This document shows, piece after piece, positions 58,630 to 64,000 of a stretch of DNA of 64,000 bases. A program made the position numbers and the translations under genes. The notes below the pieces were generated by a model. That model searched no databases. It saw nothing but the letters and a program-made list of their open reading frames with translations, and was not told the origin of the DNA. Position 1 is the stretch's first letter, and the number at the start of each line of letters is the position of its first letter. This DNA is from Candidatus Latescibacterota bacterium (GTDB lineage Bacteria; Latescibacterota; UBA2968; GCA-2709665): assembly GCA_965116875.1 (NCBI GenBank), contig OZ220733.1, positions 4,096,001-4,160,000 on the forward strand, given 5' to 3'.

Positions 58630-59149
58630 CGGCGTTCGCCCCGTCGTCGGCGCCGGGTTCGGGAAACAGCGCCTCGACTGCCGTCAGCAACACTTGGGCG
58701 TTTTTCGAATGATATCCGACCTGCCGCAGCGCAATCTCTCCGTCCGGGGTGATCAGGAGCGTCGTCGGCAGGACGTTCACCTGCATTCGCCGCATGACCG
58801 CGCTGTCAGAGTCGAGGACGATCGGGAAGTTGACCTTTCTCGCCCGCAGAAAGGGTTTCACACGGTTCTGCCCACGCGGCCCGTCCACGTTTACGCCAAG
58901 TACGGTAAGCCCTGATTTGCCGTACTTCTCGTGAATCTTCTGGAGCTTGGGCATCGCCTTGACGCAAGGCTTGCAGTAGGTCGCCCAGAAATCCAGAAGT
59001 ACCGGACCCTTTGTCAGCAGGTTTTTGAGGTTGACGCGTTCGCCCTGCAGGTCCCGGAGGTTGAAGTCGGGGGCCGAGGCGGCGTTCAGCGTCGCTGCGC
59101 CCAGGGAAATTGAGGCGGCGATGGTCAGGGTATGAACGATCGTCTTCAT
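58610..59149 (-). CDS. TlpA/ResA-family exported thiol-disulfide oxidoreductase
   Basis: Signal peptide; APDFNLRDLQG, LDFWATYCKPC, cis-Pro loop VLPTT. Confidence 0.92.
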   Translation of the reverse strand: MKTIVHTLTIAASISLGAATLNAASAPDFNLRDLQGERVNLKNLLTKGPVLLDFWATYCKPCVKAMPKLQKIHEKYGKSGLTVLGVNVDGPRGQNRVKPFLRARKVNFPIVLDSDSAVMRRMQVNVLPTTLLITPDGEIALRQVGYHSKNAQVLLTAVEALFPEPGADDGANADASADQ

Positions 59150-59204
59150 TCCCGCAGTTTCTCCTGTTTGCCTTGTCGATCGGCGTGTGTCGCCCTTTAA
59201 TTGA

Positions 59205-59232
59205 AATACGCCTGAAGGTTTCTCATGGTTCC
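59205..59232 (-). promoter_or_regulatory. Candidate ECF-sigma promoter for the redoxin operon
   Basis: Minus strand GGAACC-16 bp-CGTATT, 55 nt upstream of the TlpA start. Confidence 0.55.
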
Positions 59233-59600
59233 GGACCGGAGTTCGCCAGCAAAATCCGCGCCGAACGGATTGCGGATCAATAAACGATAACCGAAAAATC
59301 TCGCTTCATCAAGGGCTTTTTTGCGTTGTTTCCGTGATGCCCTCAACGTGTCAGTGCGGACTGATGTCTGAAGAAGGGGACGGAGAAACAGCGGGCTTGT
59401 TGCCGAAAGGCGGTTTCCGCTTGCTGCGCGTCTCCGGTCGATCTATATTTGGGGTCGATATTTTCTCTCTTTGTCGCGGGCGACCGGTTCAATATGTCGC
59501 CCGGGTTCCGCAAGGTCCGCTGTGATGGTCTCAGCAGCGTGGCCGTTCGCAAGGCCGCCTGTTTTACGGACGGTCGTTGAATTTTACCGGAAGGGTCGCC

Positions 59601-60653
59601 ATGGTACACATCGGCATCATCGGTATCGGATTTATGGGAATGACCCACTATCGGGGCGCCCGCGGGGTGAAGGGCGGGAAGGTGGCGGCCATCTGCACGC
59701 GGGACGAAAAGAAACTGAGCGGGGATTGGCGGGGTATTCACGGAAACTTCGGGGAGCCCGGTGGTATCGAGGATCTGGCCGGTATCCGGACATACCGGAA
59801 GATCGACGATCTGCTGGCCGATCCCGGAGTCGATCTCGTGAACGTCTGCCTTCCTTCGGCGATGCACAAAGACGTGACAATCGCGGCGTTGCGTGCCGGT
59901 AAGCACGTATTGCTCGAGAAGCCCATCGCACTGAATCCGAAGGACGCCGACCGGATGGTTCAGGAGGCGGCAACTGCCGGACGCTCGCTGATGGTTGCGC
60001 AGGTACTTCCATTCTTTCCGGAGTTCGCCTTTGCCCGGAAGGTCGTCGCGGACGGCGAGTACGGAGCGCTGCTGGGCGCGCATTTCAAGCGTATCATCTC
60101 GCAGCCCGACTGGTCATCGGAATTCAGCGACGTCGAGCGGAGCGGGGGGCCGGGTATTGACCTGCACATCCACGATACCCATTACATTCTGCTGCTTTGC
60201 GGGGTGCCGGACCGCGTATCGTCCACCGGACGGTTGGTGAACGAACGACACGCGGAGTATTTGTGTACGAGCTACAGGTATCTGGACAGGCCGGACGTAA
60301 GCATAACCTGCGCTTCGGGTGCGATTTCTCAGCCCGGTCGTGCATTTGCCCACGGTTTCGAAATCTACCTTGAAAAGGCGACGTTGATTTACGAATTCGC
60401 CACGCTGGGCGACAAGCCGGTCCTGTCGACCCCCCTGACGCTGCTCACCGAAGACAGGAAGGTCCGGAATCCCAGACTGGGTTCCGGGGACCCGGTGGTG
60501 GCGTTTACGCGAGAGATTCAGGCCGCCGTGGACGAAGTGGCAAAAGGGATTCCGGCCGAGGCGCTGTCCGGGGTTCGGGCGGCGGACGCACTCAGGCTCT
60601 GCTTCAAGGAAGTCCAGTCCGTGCGTCTCGGCCGTGCGGTGCCGGTAAAATAA
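59601..60653 (+). CDS. Gfo/Idh/MocA family oxidoreductase
   Basis: GIGFMG.TH, GKHVLLEKP, DLHIHD. Confidence 0.9.
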   Translation: MVHIGIIGIGFMGMTHYRGARGVKGGKVAAICTRDEKKLSGDWRGIHGNFGEPGGIEDLAGIRTYRKIDDLLADPGVDLVNVCLPSAMHKDVTIAALRAGKHVLLEKPIALNPKDADRMVQEAATAGRSLMVAQVLPFFPEFAFARKVVADGEYGALLGAHFKRIISQPDWSSEFSDVERSGGPGIDLHIHDTHYILLLCGVPDRVSSTGRLVNERHAEYLCTSYRYLDRPDVSITCASGAISQPGRAFAHGFEIYLEKATLIYEFATLGDKPVLSTPLTLLTEDRKVRNPRLGSGDPVVAFTREIQAAVDEVAKGIPAEALSGVRAADALRLCFKEVQSVRLGRAVPVK

Positions 60654-60821
60654 CAGAGAGGCGAGGGTAAGGAGGGGAAGACGCCGGATCGCAGAGAGGT
60701 CATCGGTGCAGAACGGAAAACGGGCGTGCGGCAAGGTCAAGGCCGCACGCCCGTTCAAACTTGGACCCGCAAGCGTGGATCCCATTGCAATATGCGTGGG
60801 TACGCCGAGGTACCGCCATGG

Positions 60822-62294
60822 TTAATTGCGGAATGCGAAATCGACAGGTTTACCCTGCGCGAACTCGGCTTCGACGTTGCCCAGCCCGAAAAGGGTCGCG
60901 GAAAGATCTCGCGGAGAGAGGGGTTCGGCTAGGGCGAGGCCCGCTGGCAATCCGGGTCCCACGAGCAGCGCACGACCGGCAGCGGCATCCAGTACCGCCA
61001 GGGTCGTGCGATTCCGGTAGCGGTGGTGTTCCTGGACGATTTTCCGGAGTTGCTCGATCGTCCTGCGACTGTCGGGGCCGTCGGTTAGCTGGAGAAGCAT
61101 CAGGTCTGGCTGCGCCCTTGGCAGGCACGCGACAGCCAGAGATGCCAGAAAGCTGTTCCTGAGTTTAAGATTTCTGTCGGACGATACCAGGGTTCTGACG
61201 ATCAGTCGAGAAAGGACTTTGTCCTTAACGGCCTTGGTTATTTTAAGCTTTTTGGGGTCCAGCGTCGGGTACACGACGTTTTCGATGAACGCCTGCGATC
61301 TGCCCTCCGAACGGGCTTCGTCCAGTGCTTGCCGGACCGTTTCCGCCGCTCTGGTCAACAACGAAGCCCGCACGGTCAGTGGTCCGAATTTCCTGTATTT
61401 CCTGTGAGAGCTCCGCTCCGGCGGGGCGCTGTCGTCCATGTAGAGCGCCAGCGTGCGGGTACGGGTCTTGTCCTTAATGGCGCGATTGTGATATTCGAAC
61501 AGCGTCGGATGTGCGAGCTTGTCGCCCTTCAGCGCGTCGTCGCGTCCCGTCAACAGGGTGGCCAGCCATCGTCTTGCCGGATCGGGGGCGGGCGCGGTCT
61601 GCAACAGGGTCCCCTGAGCGAGCAGGCTGTCGTTGAACGTTGAATCGGATGTACCGTATTGGCCCGGCATGATTGCAATCGCCAGAAGCGCGGGGGGAAA
61701 GTCCGTACCTTTATAGACAAACCGATTGAACGCGGCTTCGATTCTTGCTTTCTGTTCGGGCATGATCTGTATTTCCGGACTTCGACGTCTCCGCTGCACG
61801 GGGTCCCCGCGTTGCCCTATTCCCCCTCGCCGGCCAGGACCCTGTCGTCGTCCAATTCCCTGCCGGTCTCCCGCGTCGGTACGTTGCCGGGGCCCCGTTC
61901 GCCGGGCGAAGATGCCTGCGATCGCCTCGCCGAAAGCCTCCCGCAGGTCCCCATCCGACACTTCGCCGGCCCTCGCGAAAAAGAGCCTGAATCGTTCCTT
62001 TTCCCGCGGGAAGAAATCGTCCCAGGCAGCCAGTGAGTTCAGTACATAGGACCTGATGGGCAAGGGGAACCGGTTGAACGTCCCTTCGTTCCCCTTCACG
62101 AGGTCGTAGGCGCCCGAGGGTAGATCGGAGTACCGGTCGTTCCGAATCGGGCTAAGGTCGACGCCCCCGCCTCCGCCTCGTCTCCTTCCGCCTCCCCTCC
62201 CCTGTGCAAGCGCGTCCTCACACGCGAGCGCCAGGACAAGAAATGTCGCCGCGACCGATACGATCCCGTGAGAGGACTTCTGAAAAACCGGCAT
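60822..62294 (-). CDS. Uncharacterised secreted protein with Gly/Arg-rich segments
   Basis: ATG 62294 after ggagg; signal-like segment ending ALA-Q; long open frame. Confidence 0.65.
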   Translation of the reverse strand: MPVFQKSSHGIVSVAATFLVLALACEDALAQGRGGGRRRGGGGGVDLSPIRNDRYSDLPSGAYDLVKGNEGTFNRFPLPIRSYVLNSLAAWDDFFPREKERFRLFFARAGEVSDGDLREAFGEAIAGIFARRTGPRQRTDAGDRQGIGRRQGPGRRGGIGQRGDPVQRRRRSPEIQIMPEQKARIEAAFNRFVYKGTDFPPALLAIAIMPGQYGTSDSTFNDSLLAQGTLLQTAPAPDPARRWLATLLTGRDDALKGDKLAHPTLFEYHNRAIKDKTRTRTLALYMDDSAPPERSSHRKYRKFGPLTVRASLLTRAAETVRQALDEARSEGRSQAFIENVVYPTLDPKKLKITKAVKDKVLSRLIVRTLVSSDRNLKLRNSFLASLAVACLPRAQPDLMLLQLTDGPDSRRTIEQLRKIVQEHHRYRNRTTLAVLDAAAGRALLVGPGLPAGLALAEPLSPRDLSATLFGLGNVEAEFAQGKPVDFAFRN

Positions 62295-62454
62295 ATATCG
62301 CCTCCCTGAGCAATTGTCATCGACTGACGAACCGTTATGGAACCGGCGCGTACGCCGACTCGCGTTTGGGTCTCTGAGCATCGTGCGTTCGTGAACCTCC
62401 CTTCCGGCGCGAAGGAAGTCGAAAACGTCGCGAAAACCGACCTGCAAGGATCGT

Positions 62455-63231
62455 TCAGAGGTGTGTTCGAAGCCACAGAAGGATCTCGGCCCGGGCGACC
62501 GGGTTGTCCAGGAGCGCCAGACCATTGGCCGTTCCCTGATATCCGCTGACCCGGACGGGTTCCAGGGTTCCCCGCGCCAGCAGTTCGGACGACGTAAAGG
62601 AATATCCGTCGCCGTGTGAGGCCACGAACAGGATCGACCGGGGCTTGAAACCGGCGACGTTGGCGCCAAGCAAGACGTCCTGCCGGAGACGTGTGATGAG
62701 GGAGATAACGACCGATGTTCTGACGTCCGGATTGCTGCCGGAACTGACGTACGCGATGTTGGCGCCAAGCGCCGCGCCCACGAGTCCGATGCGTGCGACA
62801 TCCACGTCGGATCGGCTCTTCAGCCAGCCGATTGCGCCTTCGACGTCGCGCGGCATGCTGTTGAAGTCTTCGATCTGGAACCGGCTTCGGGGAAAATAGA
62901 CGTCATTTTGAAACGTACTCAGGCCGTGTCCTCTGACGTCGTAAGCCAGCACGTGAAATCCTGCGTCGGTCAGGTCCGGCACGAAGGGTACCCATATGCC
63001 GAGATTCTGGTCGTACGGATGGATGAGGACAACAGCGGGTCGGCGCCCGGTCTGCCGATTGGAGGTGAACCAGGCCGCGAAGATTGTGAAGCCGTCCGGG
63101 GTTTTGAACGAAACCGTCTCTCCGGTAACCCATTCCGCCGGAGTCGAGACCTCACTGTCGGTCGGATGTCGGCCGCATTGCATCGTAAGCAGCGCAACTG
63201 TCAGGACCGCCAGACATGCACGTGGCGCCAT
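62455..63231 (-). CDS. Alpha/beta-hydrolase-fold exported protein with degenerate catalytic triad
   Basis: F.TPDG, AVVLIH, YDVRGHG.S, DV.GAI.WL, IGLVGAALGAN. Confidence 0.8.
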   Translation of the reverse strand: MAPRACLAVLTVALLTMQCGRHPTDSEVSTPAEWVTGETVSFKTPDGFTIFAAWFTSNRQTGRRPAVVLIHPYDQNLGIWVPFVPDLTDAGFHVLAYDVRGHGLSTFQNDVYFPRSRFQIEDFNSMPRDVEGAIGWLKSRSDVDVARIGLVGAALGANIAYVSSGSNPDVRTSVVISLITRLRQDVLLGANVAGFKPRSILFVASHGDGYSFTSSELLARGTLEPVRVSGYQGTANGLALLDNPVARAEILLWLRTHL

Positions 63232-63514
63232 GCGCGTTTTTCCCTGTGACCAATACGATTTATCCACTCTCTTTAACGGTTAAATTAACGACATCATGTG
63301 TGCAAAAACAAGCGCGGAGTGAGAGCCGCTCGACGGTGCTGCGGCATCACGGGATTCTACCGGGTACAGACGAATTCTTCACAGAGTGGGCATTTCCCCT
63401 TGCGGTTACGAGGATTAGACAATAACTTAGGGTGATTCGTTCCGAGCAGGGCGTCCCCGGCGCGTCATCACGCCGTCGGAATTCTTCAACTGCATTGGTC
63501 GAGGGAGATCCAAG

Positions 63515-64000
63515 ATGTATCAATTCAGCTTTTTCTGCAAAATTGCAATCCTGCTGGTTGCCGCAATTGCGGTCACTGATGGAAGCGCCGCCGCGAGAAA
63601 GGCTTCCACCCGGCGCAACAGCGTGGGAATGGAGTTCATCCTGGTTCCGGCAGGGACGTTTCGCATGGGTTCCACGAGCGAAGACGCCGGGGAGAATGAG
63701 AAGCCGGTGACGGAGGTGAGCATCAGCCGGGCCTTCTACCTTGGAAAGTACGAAGTTACGCAGAAGCAGTGGGAGAAGGTGATGGGGACCAATCCGTCGG
63801 ACTTCAAGGGCTGCGGGGATTGTCCGGTCGAACAGGTTTCGTGGAACGACGCGCAGGCGTTTATCCGGACACTGAACGCAATGGAGGACTCGAAGCGGTA
63901 CCGGCTGCCTTCGGAGGCCGAGTGGGAGTACGCCTCGAGAGGCGGAACCGACGGGGACCGATACAGTGCGGGCCTTGACGCGATTGCGTGGTACGACAAG
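63515..64000 (+). CDS. FGE-sulfatase (SUMF1-like) domain protein, partial, runs off the window
   Basis: Signal peptide; MEFILVPAGTFRMGS, GKYEVTQ, PVEQVSWNDA, YRLPSEAEWEYA. Confidence 0.88.
   Translation, partial: MYQFSFFCKIAILLVAAIAVTDGSAAARKASTRRNSVGMEFILVPAGTFRMGSTSEDAGENEKPVTEVSISRAFYLGKYEVTQKQWEKVMGTNPSDFKGCGDCPVEQVSWNDAQAFIRTLNAMEDSKRYRLPSEAEWEYASRGGTDGDRYSAGLDAIAWYDK

Noticed and set aside
63515-64000. FGE-sulfatase domain gene as a diversity-generating retroelement target
   Set aside because: The variable C-terminus lies outside the window, and no reverse transcriptase or template repeat is visible

Overview
GC-rich bacterial chromosomal window. The outer-membrane barrels and secreted proteins with dockerin/EF-hand-like tails suggest a diderm FCB/Gemmatimonadota/Latescibacterota-type organism (inference). 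Layout: 0-16 kb is a + strand catabolic cluster (amidohydrolases, Ntn-acylase, CoA-transferase, FAH, desaturase-like oxygenase, two unknown paralogs, Zn-ADH) with REP-like repeats. 16-21.5 kb is a toxin-antitoxin/defence islet with several decayed genes, bracketed by a duplicated gene 3' end. 21.6-26 kb is a YhaO/YhaN (SbcD/SbcC-like) pair. 26-46.8 kb holds - strand transporters and catabolic genes. 47-54.6 kb is a housekeeping block (trxA, holA, purM, folP, ftsH, tilS). The main finding is at 55-59.2 kb: an operon encoding a TlpA-like thioredoxin, a Cys-tailed outer-membrane barrel and two tandem secreted proteins. Each secreted protein has an in-frame TGA exactly at the first Cys position of a thioredoxin CxxC (UxxC, probable selenocysteine), followed by an Ig-like domain and a dockerin-like tail; the ORF track splits both genes. 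No rRNA, tRNA, CRISPR array, transposase or integrase was recognised. Family names come from motif recognition by eye, not database searches.
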